Shown: in pieces, positions 1 to 7,487 of the stretch | How the letters are laid out: every line of letters begins with the position of its first letter | Position numbering within the stretch: position 1 is the stretch's first letter | Source of the DNA: an uncultured Methanosarcinales archaeon | GTDB taxonomy: Archaea > Nanobdellota > Nanobdellia > Woesearchaeales > UBA10107 | Assembly: GCA_965231065.1 (NCBI GenBank) | Contig: OZ246410.1 | Coordinates: forward strand, 487,886 to 511,885 | Reading direction: 5' to 3' | Length of the DNA stretch: 24,000 bases | Notes under the pieces: model-generated | Databases searched by the model: none | Told to the model about the DNA's origin: nothing | The model's input: the letters and a program-made list of their open reading frames with translations, nothing else | Program-made: the position numbers and the translations under genes

Positions 1-873
1 GGGATCATCTCCGAGGTCATCCTGCACCCGATACTGCCCTTCTCGTTTATATTTCTCTTCTGATTCCAAAGGAATGTGATTCGCATTCAGGATGATGTGA
101 TCCAATACATCCGTGCCGAGGTATTTCTCCAGCTCTTCGATGTGATCCTTCGCGGTAAACGTGTCTGTCTCTCCTCGCTGTGTCACGATGTTCATGATGT
201 AGATCTTCTGTGCTTTGCTTTTCTGTATCGCTTCTTTGATCCCTTTCACCAATAGATTTGGAATGAGACTGGTGAATAAGCTTCCCTGTGATAATATGAT
301 CTTATCTGCTTCAAGGATGGCCTGTACTGCATCGGTATTCGCTTCGACATCGCCATCGATGAATACTTCATCGATCGGATAGCCATAGAATAATCCGCGT
401 TCGACCAATCGTTCCTGGCCGATGATCCGTTTTCCATTCTCCAGTACTCCGCCGAAGACAGGCCGTATCATGCTTGCCGGATACACATTGCCTTTGACCT
501 GAAGAAATTTCCGCGCGTACTCGATCGCTTTCCTGAAATCATGATTGAAAAAATCATATGCTGCATTGAGAAAATCATTGCCTGATGCGGCACCATCATC
601 AGTCCTGAACTGGAAGAATGATTTGTTCATCTCATCATTCGCCATAGCCGCAAGGCATTGTCTGATATCTCCTGGCGGTAAAAAATCTCCTCTGGTGTCT
701 TTTGGTTTCCGTGCTTCCAATAATCTACCTGTATGACCGCCGGTATCCGCAGTGGATACAATCGCTGAAATGTTTGTTTCATTAAGAATTTGAGAATTTT
801 TCCTTGCAAATGAGATCAATCCTGAAAGAAGACTGAACTGCCCGGAGCCCCCACCGATCGTAACGATCTTCAT
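1..873 (-). CDS. YvcK/UPF0052 (CofD-like fold) family protein; C-terminus cut by the window edge
   Basis: Absent from the ORF track because it has no stop in the window. Manual minus-strand translation from ATG (873-871) stays open for 291 codons to position 1: MKIVTIGGGSGQFSLLSGL...ISAIVSTADTGGHTGRLLEARKP...LPPGDIRQCLAAMAN...QGSLFTSLIPNLLVKGI. The GGGSG loop, TADTGG and PPGDIR are YvcK/CofD-family signatures. A BRE/TATA lies 23 nt upstream. Confidence 0.8.
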   Translation of the reverse strand, partial: MKIVTIGGGSGQFSLLSGLISFARKNSQILNETNISAIVSTADTGGHTGRLLEARKPKDTRGDFLPPGDIRQCLAAMANDEMNKSFFQFRTDDGAASGNDFLNAAYDFFNHDFRKAIEYARKFLQVKGNVYPASMIRPVFGGVLENGKRIIGQERLVERGLFYGYPIDEVFIDGDVEANTDAVQAILEADKIILSQGSLFTSLIPNLLVKGIKEAIQKSKAQKIYIMNIVTQRGETDTFTAKDHIEELEKYLGTDVLDHIILNANHIPLESEEKYKREGQYRVQDDLGDDP

Positions 874-895
874 TGCATTTCAGATAGAAAATTGA

Positions 896-907
896 TTAAT
901 AAAGGTT
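896..907 (-). promoter_or_regulatory. BRE/TATA promoter of the YvcK-like gene
   Basis: The minus strand reads AACC-TTTATTAA. The TATA edge is 23 nt from ATG 873, implying a leaderless or very short leader. Confidence 0.45.
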
Positions 908-913
908 ATGCAC

Positions 914-1456
914 TTACAATTTTATCTTTCGTTTATTATCCATCACTTCAATATAACAAGTCGTCGGCAATTTTGATTGGAATCGCTTCAATGCTTTCTT
1001 CGCTAATTCGAGGTGTTCTTTCTCGCAGTCGACCTGGCAGATGATTTGGTTTTCAAATACTCGCGCTGCAAGACCGATCGGTTTTCCATACGACATCGCC
1101 ATACCCGTGCTCATACGGTCTGCACCTGCACCTGATGCTAATGGATTCTCTCGAAGAACATGATGCGGGTAGATTCGCACGACCATTCGGTATGCTGTCT
1201 TTCCTGCTTCTTTTTCCATGACTCTATTGCCTGACTGTCTTCCTGATTCGATCGCGAAGTTTCTGATCTGCAGGTCATTCTTACTCTTGAGCAATAATGT
1301 ATAAGCGAATTTCTTGTTTGAAGTGTCACCCATGACAAATCTGACTACCGCTGGGTTTGGATTTACCTTGATGAATGCTTTATTCCTGTATTTACTTCTT
1401 CGTGTGTATGCACGTTCTAAACGTCTATAAGCGATGAATTTTCTCTGCTTTGGCAT
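914..1456 (-). CDS. rpl10e: 50S ribosomal protein L10e (uL16)
   Basis: 180 aa. Contains ...RIYPHHVLRENPLASGAGADRMSTGMAMSYGKPIGLAARV..., which matches the archaeal/eukaryotic L10e core (VLRENK..AGADR..GM..FGKP.G.AARV). Length is typical. Confidence 0.9.
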   Translation of the reverse strand: MPKQRKFIAYRRLERAYTRRSKYRNKAFIKVNPNPAVVRFVMGDTSNKKFAYTLLLKSKNDLQIRNFAIESGRQSGNRVMEKEAGKTAYRMVVRIYPHHVLRENPLASGAGADRMSTGMAMSYGKPIGLAARVFENQIICQVDCEKEHLELAKKALKRFQSKLPTTCYIEVMDNKRKIKL

Positions 1457-1478
1457 ATCATTTCGAGGAAGGAGTTTA

Positions 1479-1490
1479 TTTAAAAAGGTT
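1479..1490 (-). promoter_or_regulatory. BRE/TATA promoter of rpl10e
   Basis: The minus strand reads AACC-TTTTTAAA. The TATA edge is 23 nt from ATG 1456. Confidence 0.45.
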
Positions 1491-1506
1491 TTCTTTTAGT
1501 TTATAG

Positions 1507-1519
1507 AAACCTTTATAAA
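1507..1519 (+). promoter_or_regulatory. BRE/TATA promoter of the pilin-like operon
   Basis: AAACC-TTTATAAA sits 38 nt upstream of ATG 1557. GAGGTG (1546-1551) lies 5 nt before the ATG, so this is a leadered mRNA with an SD. Confidence 0.5.
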
Positions 1520-1556
1520 CAAAACTGCCTAAAACACTGTTATAAGAGGTGTAGAC

Positions 1557-2135
1557 ATGAATTTAAGACACATAGGTAAAAAAGCCGATCTCAGTCTTTC
1601 TATTAATGCAATCGTTGTATTGATTCTTGCGATCACGATGTTAGGATTAGGCCTTGCATTCCTGCGAGGAACATTTTCAAAAACAACTGCGCAGTTCGCG
1701 CAGGTTGCTGATGAAGTCAAAGGACAGATTGTCGATAAGATAAAAGCGAGCAGCGAAAAATTAGCATTCGACAGGTTAGAGATCAATGTCAAGCGAGGAA
1801 ATACTGTTGAAGTCTACTACGGCGTAAAGAATGTAGAAGAGACTCTTACTCCTCTGGACTTCTCCATACAGCCGACTTGTAATGATGCACTGACACCAAC
1901 TACAACACCGGCTGATACCGCAGCGATCACCGCAGGTATCAAGACATTCAGCAAGATCAATATCAAACAAGGAGACGTCGAAGTCTCTAAGATGACTATC
2001 ACTCCGAATTCAGGCGCTGTGCTTGATACATACTCATGCTGGTTATATGTGTGCAAGAGCGCATCCGGCACTTGTACTGCAACTGATCCGGACTTCTATG
2101 CGTCAGCGAAGTTCTTCGTCACTGTGACGAGCTAG
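1557..2135 (+). CDS. Secreted protein with archaeal class III (type IV pilin-like) signal peptide
   Basis: N-terminus MNLRHIGKKADLSLSINAIVVLILAITMLGLGLAFLRG has a short basic leader ending KKA followed by an uninterrupted hydrophobic helix, as in prepilin/archaellin-type signals. The C-terminal domain has 4 Cys. The N-terminus is paralogous to ORF 2350-2883. Confidence 0.6.
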   Translation: MNLRHIGKKADLSLSINAIVVLILAITMLGLGLAFLRGTFSKTTAQFAQVADEVKGQIVDKIKASSEKLAFDRLEINVKRGNTVEVYYGVKNVEETLTPLDFSIQPTCNDALTPTTTPADTAAITAGIKTFSKINIKQGDVEVSKMTITPNSGAVLDTYSCWLYVCKSASGTCTATDPDFYASAKFFVTVTS

Positions 2136-2140
2136 TCAAC

Positions 2141-2353
2141 ATGAAGAAGAGATTATCACCAGACCAGGAATTCCAGCTATTGAAGATTGTCTTAGACAAG
2201 TTTCTGTGGATTGGCATCGGTATCATGCTGTTCGGTTTCTACCAATTGGTGAACCAACAGATCACCACCGGTATCAGCTGGATCATCTCAGGCGCTGTCG
2301 TATTGCTTCTCTTCATAATTCTCATCGTCAAGCACTATGAGCTTTCACCATGA
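2141..2353 (+). CDS. Small two-TM membrane protein, middle gene of the pilin-like operon
   Basis: 70 aa with two hydrophobic helices (FLWIGIGIMLFGFY and ISWIISGAVVLLLFIILIV). There is a 5-nt gap to the upstream gene and an ATGA overlap (2350-2353) with the downstream gene. Confidence 0.5.
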   Translation: MKKRLSPDQEFQLLKIVLDKFLWIGIGIMLFGFYQLVNQQITTGISWIISGAVVLLLFIILIVKHYELSP

Positions 2354-2883
2354 ATAAGAAAGCAATCGAACTTTCTGTCAATTTTATCGTCATGCTGATC
2401 CTTGCCATTGTTGTATTTGGCTTTGGATTATTTTTTGTGAGGAAAGTCTTCACTGAAGCCGGCGCTATCAAGGCACAACTGAGTGATGATGCTGAAAAGC
2501 GAGTTGAACTGCTTCTTGACCGGGGAGAGCGTGTCGCATTCCCTATCACCAATAAGGATGTGGCAGCAGGTGATGTCGCTATCTTTGGCTTAGGTATCTT
2601 AAATGTGCGGGACATCACTACGACGTTTGATGTGAACATTGCATGTACTGTCGCTATTTATCCGAACGAAAAAGAGATTTCGAACGGCTGTTCAGGAACA
2701 TGGACATTCCCGATCGATTCATTTGATCTGAAAAAGAATGAGAAGAAAGTCATTCCGATCGTGATCCAGGCACAAGGTTCTAAGCCGAAAGGTACGTATG
2801 GATTTACGGTGACAGTCACGCCACGCGGAGAATCAGAACCCTATGGCGGCGCTCCACAGCAGATCTATGTGAATATCATCTAA
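2350..2883 (+). CDS. Secreted protein with archaeal class III (type IV pilin-like) signal peptide
   Basis: N-terminus MNKKAIELSVNFIVMLILAIVVFGFGLFFVRK has the same KKA-x-(L/E)LS-x-N-x-IV-x-LILAI pattern as ORF 1557. The C-terminal domain is beta-rich. Confidence 0.6.
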   Translation: MNKKAIELSVNFIVMLILAIVVFGFGLFFVRKVFTEAGAIKAQLSDDAEKRVELLLDRGERVAFPITNKDVAAGDVAIFGLGILNVRDITTTFDVNIACTVAIYPNEKEISNGCSGTWTFPIDSFDLKKNEKKVIPIVIQAQGSKPKGTYGFTVTVTPRGESEPYGGAPQQIYVNII

Positions 2884-3419
2884 GCTGTTCTTGGGGCAGG
2901 TGGATATAGAATCGTATGCAAAACAGCTTTTATTTTCTCCTGTGGTGATGAACTCGATACGTCTGCTTTGATCTTTGCTTCTACATATTTCTCAAGACCG
3001 GGTATTTCAGAAACGTCAAGTCGCGGGTCAAGACTGAATTCATTGCAGAATGCGTAGTACCATGCGAGCAATTTACCGTCCTGTCGATGTGAGGGTTTCT
3101 GGGATTCTTCCTGTATGCGTGAGTACATCGCAGCACCAACCTGTCGTATCTTATCCATATCATCCAGTTCTTTGTAAACCTCAGCATAACGGAGTACGGT
3201 CTTTGGGTAGATGACTCCATTCTCGAGAATCTGCATCATGTTTTTCTCTGCTTTGGTAGAATTATCTTTGTAACCATTTGCGTGCTTTCGTGTTTCTTCG
3301 ACAGTCAGGTCAACAAGTTTTCTTCTGACATCATGATCGCCAGGGTTGCGTTCTAGAATCTTCTCAAGATCAGAGATCTGTTTCTCGGTTTCAGACTTAC
3401 CTAATCCAAATAACCCCAT
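2880..3419 (-). CDS. Hypothetical cytoplasmic helical protein
   Basis: 179-aa ORF with an ATG start. GGGGGC SD-like element 7 nt upstream and TTTATAAA at 3458-3465. No family recognised by eye. Confidence 0.55.
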   Translation of the reverse strand: MGLFGLGKSETEKQISDLEKILERNPGDHDVRRKLVDLTVEETRKHANGYKDNSTKAEKNMMQILENGVIYPKTVLRYAEVYKELDDMDKIRQVGAAMYSRIQEESQKPSHRQDGKLLAWYYAFCNEFSLDPRLDVSEIPGLEKYVEAKIKADVSSSSPQEKIKAVLHTILYPPAPRTA

Positions 3420-3489
3420 ATCTAAGCCCCCTTCACTTACCTACTAAAACTCAAGAATTTATAAATGGATGTATATATTTTATATATTT

Positions 3490-4602
3490 CTAGGATAAAT
3501 AGACCTGAGAAGCTTCTGTATCTCTTGCGACAACGATATCAAGATATCCATCGTGATTAAAGTCACCGACCGCGAGATCTTTGATGTAATTCCTGAACGG
3601 CGTGCTATACTCATTGCTTAAGGAGTATGCATCGCCTTGTTTCTGATATATCTGCAATGTCTGTTCATAATTGCCAATGAGTATCTCATCAACACCGTCG
3701 TTGTTCAGATCAGCCGCAAGCACCGCATACGTATTGCCCATACCGAATGCATCGAGGCGTTCAAATCCTGTCTCTTTATTCAGATATACTCTATTCGCTT
3801 CTTTGTTGTTTCCCTGCACAATATCTTTTCTGCCGTCACCGTCGATGTCAGAGATAGCAAGATCAGCAGTATTCGGGAGGTCATTCAGTTCAGCATTCAA
3901 TACGAATGTTTTGTCTCCTTGATTCAGATACACACGATTCGGCCGTCGTTCGATGCCAAGGACAAAATCAATCTTGCCGTCATTATTGAAGTCAGCTGCC
4001 TGTATCGCTTTCGCCGGGACGCCGCTCGAGATCTTTACTTTATTGAAATCGCCGTTGCCGTCGTTGAAATAGACATTATTATCTTTGAATGATGTCGCGA
4101 CCGCGAAATCATCATACCCATCATTATTGAAATCAGCGACTGCGATGTCTGTCACGACTGATTTCTCCAGTACTTTCGCGATTGAGAATGTGCCGTCTCC
4201 TTCGTTTCTCAGCACGAGGCTTGGTTCGTCCTTGTTGCCGAGGATGATATCTTTTTTGCCATCCTTGTTGAAGTCAATCACCGCGATTTTCTGTGTGTTG
4301 TGCTTTTCAGCAAGCAATTGTGTCTTGGTGAATGTGCCGTCTTTATTGTTGATGTAGAGATTGCTGGGTTTGTTGAAGATGCCGGCGACGATATCATCAT
4401 ACCCGTCATTATTGAAATCAGCGACTGCGACAGAATAGACGTAATCTTTTTCGAAATCAATAACAGTCGGAAAATCAATCGATTGTTTCGTGATCGTTTT
4501 CGGTTGTTGCAGTACTGGACTTTTTGCTTGTCCTGGCAGTGCAGTTTTGCATGAAACAAAGAGGATAAGAATCAGTGAAAGTGCGAGAATCTCTTTTTTC
4601 AT
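3490..4602 (-). CDS. FG-GAP repeat (7-bladed beta-propeller) lipoprotein
   Basis: Seven repeats of the Ca-binding FG-GAP core: ADFNNDGYDDIV, DFNKDGKKDIILG, ADFNNDGYDDFAV, ADFNNDGKIDFVLG, SDIDGDGRKDIVQG, ADLNNDGVDEILIG, GDFNHDGYLDIVV. The N-terminus MKKEILALSLILILFVSC has a lipobox-like LFVSC. I prefer the start at 4602 (GAGG about 9 nt upstream, TATA at 4635-4642) over the track start at 4626. Confidence 0.85.
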   Translation of the reverse strand: MKKEILALSLILILFVSCKTALPGQAKSPVLQQPKTITKQSIDFPTVIDFEKDYVYSVAVADFNNDGYDDIVAGIFNKPSNLYINNKDGTFTKTQLLAEKHNTQKIAVIDFNKDGKKDIILGNKDEPSLVLRNEGDGTFSIAKVLEKSVVTDIAVADFNNDGYDDFAVATSFKDNNVYFNDGNGDFNKVKISSGVPAKAIQAADFNNDGKIDFVLGIERRPNRVYLNQGDKTFVLNAELNDLPNTADLAISDIDGDGRKDIVQGNNKEANRVYLNKETGFERLDAFGMGNTYAVLAADLNNDGVDEILIGNYEQTLQIYQKQGDAYSLSNEYSTPFRNYIKDLAVGDFNHDGYLDIVVARDTEASQVYLS

Positions 4603-4677
4603 GTCTATTTCCTCTACTGAACGCAAGCCGTAGCTATATAAAAAGCTTATTATTCCTTCCCTGAGACACCATAATGA

Positions 4678-4685
4678 TTATATAT
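4678..4685 (+). promoter_or_regulatory. TATA box of polB
   Basis: TTATATAT ends 24 nt before ATG 4709. Confidence 0.4.
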
Positions 4686-4708
4686 TTCATTACCTTTCCA
4701 TAGTTAAA

Positions 4709-7135
4709 ATGGTGGTGGTACAGTTTTATCCTCTGGACGTTCACGTACGTCTTATGAATCAGCATAGTGCCGTGCTGCTCTATGGTAGAACGCTTTCTGG
4801 AGAGCCGATCTGCGTCCTTGACCAGAGTTATCAGCCCTATTTCTATGTGGTTCCGAAAACGCATGATACTGGACCGCTTGAAGCGGATCTCCATCGATTC
4901 ACTGTCAAATCAAAGGATGAATATTATTCTATTGTCAGGGTAGAGAAGAAGTTGATGAAACTGCATGAAAAAGAGACCGAAGTGATGAAAGTATACCTTA
5001 ACAATCACTTTGCCTGCCTTCCGTTGTATCATGAACTGAGCAAGAACCAACATATCAAAGCGATCTATGAGCATGATGTACCATTCATCACGAGCTATCT
5101 GATCGACAAGCGTATCGTGCCTGGTGTCCTGACTGCAGTCGAAGGCGATCTGATGAAGATGCATTCGAAAGTGCCTGTCATTAAGGCACAATCCCTGATC
5201 CAAGAAGATGATGAACTGATAAAAATACCAAAGATACTATCATTCGATATCGAGACCTATGCACCACCTGGCACATCACCAAGTCCGAACCAGGATCCGG
5301 TCGTCATGGTATCTTTTTACAGTACTGATTTCAAGCGCACCATAACCTGGAAACGCTTCGATACGGAAGATACGTCGATCGAGTTTGTCGACGGAGAATT
5401 TGAGTTGCTGAACAGATTCAAGAAGACAATCGAAGAGGTCAAGCCTGACTTTCTTGTTGGATATACCTCTGATATCTTCGCATTTCCTTATATTAAAAGA
5501 CGCGCTGAGAAATACGGCATGTCATTTGATCTTGGGCTTGATCACAGCATTATGTCTATCGGAAAGAACGAGACACAGATCAAGGGTATCGCACATCTGG
5601 ATATCTACAAATTTGTCGCGCGCATCCTGAACTCTAAGCTTGAGACCGTCACCTTCAGACTGGAAGAAGTCGCGAATGAACTTCTCGGTGAAGCACGAAA
5701 AGGAACGATTGATGGTCTTGCGCAGGTATGGGAAAATGAACCGTGGCGTCTTGCTCCGTATTGTGAATACAATCTCAATGAAGCACGGCTGATACATAAG
5801 ATCACTGAGTTTGTGTTTCCCCTATTGTTTGAGTTTGTGAAATTCACCAATATGCAGCCGTTCGATGTGGTACGTTCTGGATTTTCTCAGTTCGTCGATG
5901 CATTCCTGATGAAGGAATCAAGATTCTGGAACGAATTGATCCCTCCAAGACCGAGTGCAGAACAATACGCTGAGCGCCGGTCACACATTCGGCACGTGCC
6001 GAGCTTGTTCGAGCCTGAGCAGGGTATCTACAATAAGGTCGTGGCGTTTGATTTCGCTTCACTCTACCCTTCTATCATCGCGACGCACAACATCTCGCCA
6101 GGTTCGCTGCAGTGTCTCTGCTGCATCGACATGGTGCCGGGCATGAATATCCATTTCTGCACCAAGAATATCGGTTTCTTTCCAAAGATCATGGGCAGTA
6201 TCCTTGATCGAAGACAGCGAATCTTGAAGATGCTCGATGATGGTATCGAGAAAAGCAGTGAGCAGCAGAAATTATTGTCTGCCCGTCAGGAAGCATTGCG
6301 GATTCTCTCTGACTCTCTCTATGGACATTTCGGGTTTGCATCATCTCGCTGGTATAGTCCTGAATGCGCGAACGCGATCTCATTCTACGGTAAACATTAT
6401 ATTGATTCAGTGATGGATGCGGTACGGAATGAAGGATTCGATGTCCTGTACGCTGATTCTGATTCGGTATTCTTGAAATCAGGCAGTCACTCACGAGATG
6501 ACACGCATCACTTGTTGGAGCGCATCAATACGTCTCTTCCTGAGAAGATGCAATTGATGTATGAAGGATACTATCCAAAGGCGATGTTCATCGCCGCAAA
6601 GACTGGCTCACGTAAAAAATACGCGTTGCTGTCTGAGCAGGGCTTTGTGCGGATCAAAGGCTTTGAATCATCACGAAGGAATTATAGTTTGCTTGCCAAA
6701 GAGACACAGGAGAAGGTTCTGTATTTGATACTGAAGGAGAAGAAATTGAAAGAGGCTCTTGAATATGTCGAGCAGGTGATACATTCAGTGAAAGAGCACA
6801 AGGCATCTCTTAAAAGTACAACTATCTTTACGCAGTTACAGAAGGATATTTCTGAGTATGAGACCATCGCGCCGCATGTCGCTGTTGCGCAGCGGATGCA
6901 GAAGATGGGATTCAATGTCATGCCTGGTTCTATTATTCGTTATGTCGTCTCTCGCGGTGAAGGTTCTATCGCTGAACGATCGGTGTTGCCGAATGAAGTG
7001 GTTGAATACGATCCTCTGTACTATGTCGAGCATCAGATTATTCCATCGGTGGATAAGATATTCGAAGCTGCCGGTGTTGATTTTCTGAAAGCGCTTGAAG
7101 ATAAAGAACAAGTCACGCTGAAGGAGTTTGTTTAA
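4709..7135 (+). CDS. polB: Family B DNA polymerase
   Basis: 808 aa. Exo I is LSFDIETY. Motif A is FDFASLYPSIIATHNISP. Motif B-like is RQEALRILSDSLYG. Motif C-like is VLYADSDSVF. The KKKY-type motif is GSRKKYALL...IKGFESSRRNYSLLAKETQ. There is no intein-sized insertion. Confidence 0.95.
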   Translation: MVVVQFYPLDVHVRLMNQHSAVLLYGRTLSGEPICVLDQSYQPYFYVVPKTHDTGPLEADLHRFTVKSKDEYYSIVRVEKKLMKLHEKETEVMKVYLNNHFACLPLYHELSKNQHIKAIYEHDVPFITSYLIDKRIVPGVLTAVEGDLMKMHSKVPVIKAQSLIQEDDELIKIPKILSFDIETYAPPGTSPSPNQDPVVMVSFYSTDFKRTITWKRFDTEDTSIEFVDGEFELLNRFKKTIEEVKPDFLVGYTSDIFAFPYIKRRAEKYGMSFDLGLDHSIMSIGKNETQIKGIAHLDIYKFVARILNSKLETVTFRLEEVANELLGEARKGTIDGLAQVWENEPWRLAPYCEYNLNEARLIHKITEFVFPLLFEFVKFTNMQPFDVVRSGFSQFVDAFLMKESRFWNELIPPRPSAEQYAERRSHIRHVPSLFEPEQGIYNKVVAFDFASLYPSIIATHNISPGSLQCLCCIDMVPGMNIHFCTKNIGFFPKIMGSILDRRQRILKMLDDGIEKSSEQQKLLSARQEALRILSDSLYGHFGFASSRWYSPECANAISFYGKHYIDSVMDAVRNEGFDVLYADSDSVFLKSGSHSRDDTHHLLERINTSLPEKMQLMYEGYYPKAMFIAAKTGSRKKYALLSEQGFVRIKGFESSRRNYSLLAKETQEKVLYLILKEKKLKEALEYVEQVIHSVKEHKASLKSTTIFTQLQKDISEYETIAPHVAVAQRMQKMGFNVMPGSIIRYVVSRGEGSIAERSVLPNEVVEYDPLYYVEHQIIPSVDKIFEAAGVDFLKALEDKEQVTLKEFV

Positions 7136-7137
7136 GA

Positions 7138-7392
7138 TTAGAACTCATTAATGAATAGATACAGATTTATTTCTTTTTTTGCACGTGGATGTTCCCTGAT
7201 GACTTTTCTGACTAGTCGTTCACTGTATATTTCACCCACTATCATGCCAAGAAATGCTCCAATTCCTGTCGTCGTCGCTACGTTTGTTGCCGCCGCCCAA
7301 AGTGAGGCTCCGATTGCACCACCATAAAACATATATGTGCTATTACCGACTCCGGCGTTACGCAATTTTTCTTGGATTTTAGCTTCTAACAT
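7138..7392 (-). CDS. Small Gly-zipper membrane protein
   Basis: 84 aa with a central GGAIGASLWAAATNVATTTGIGAFLGMIVG hydrophobic/Gly-rich segment. ATG start lies 23 nt from AAACC-TTTATAAA. Confidence 0.5.
   Translation of the reverse strand: MLEAKIQEKLRNAGVGNSTYMFYGGAIGASLWAAATNVATTTGIGAFLGMIVGEIYSERLVRKVIREHPRAKKEINLYLFINEF
7166..7180 (+). terminator. Oligo-T tract downstream of polB
   Basis: TTTATTTCTTTTTTT lies 31 nt after the polB stop. Archaeal termination uses T-runs. The tract lies inside the convergent small ORF. Confidence 0.3.
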
Positions 7393-7414
7393 GTCACAAC
7401 ACCAATTTATCTTA

Positions 7415-7427
7415 TTTATAAAGGTTT
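7415..7427 (-). promoter_or_regulatory. BRE/TATA promoter of ORF 7392
   Basis: The minus strand reads AAACC-TTTATAAA. The TATA edge is 23 nt from the ATG. Confidence 0.5.
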
Positions 7428-7457
7428 AGAACTAATGATCCTAATTAACTAACAACG

Positions 7458-7465
7458 TTTATAAA
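7458..7465 (+). promoter_or_regulatory. TATA box of ileS
   Basis: TTTATAAA ends 23 nt before ATG 7488. Confidence 0.5.
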
Positions 7466-7487
7466 TGATATTCTGCCAACAAAAGTC

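Noticed and set aside
3637-4559. Several 83-151-aa ORFs on the plus strand, plus one minus-strand out-of-frame ORF (4278-4559), all inside the FG-GAP gene.
   Set aside because: They lie wholly within a gene whose seven-fold FG-GAP repeat structure is unambiguous. Their translations are low-complexity with no motifs and no promoter-like signals.
5771-5773. First-pass reading of PolB Exo III as Y351-x3-N355, with the catalytic Asp replaced by Asn.
   Set aside because: Aligning YNLNEA with the YxxxDA of other archaeal PolBs (for example, YNFRDA is my recollection of the Sulfolobus form) is better. That gives Y354...E358, a conservative D-to-E. Only the Exo II D-to-A is reported as a strong deviation.
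4709-7135. Possibility of inteins in PolB.
   Set aside because: 808 aa is the size of an intein-free archaeal PolB. Motifs A, B and C are contiguous with normal spacing.
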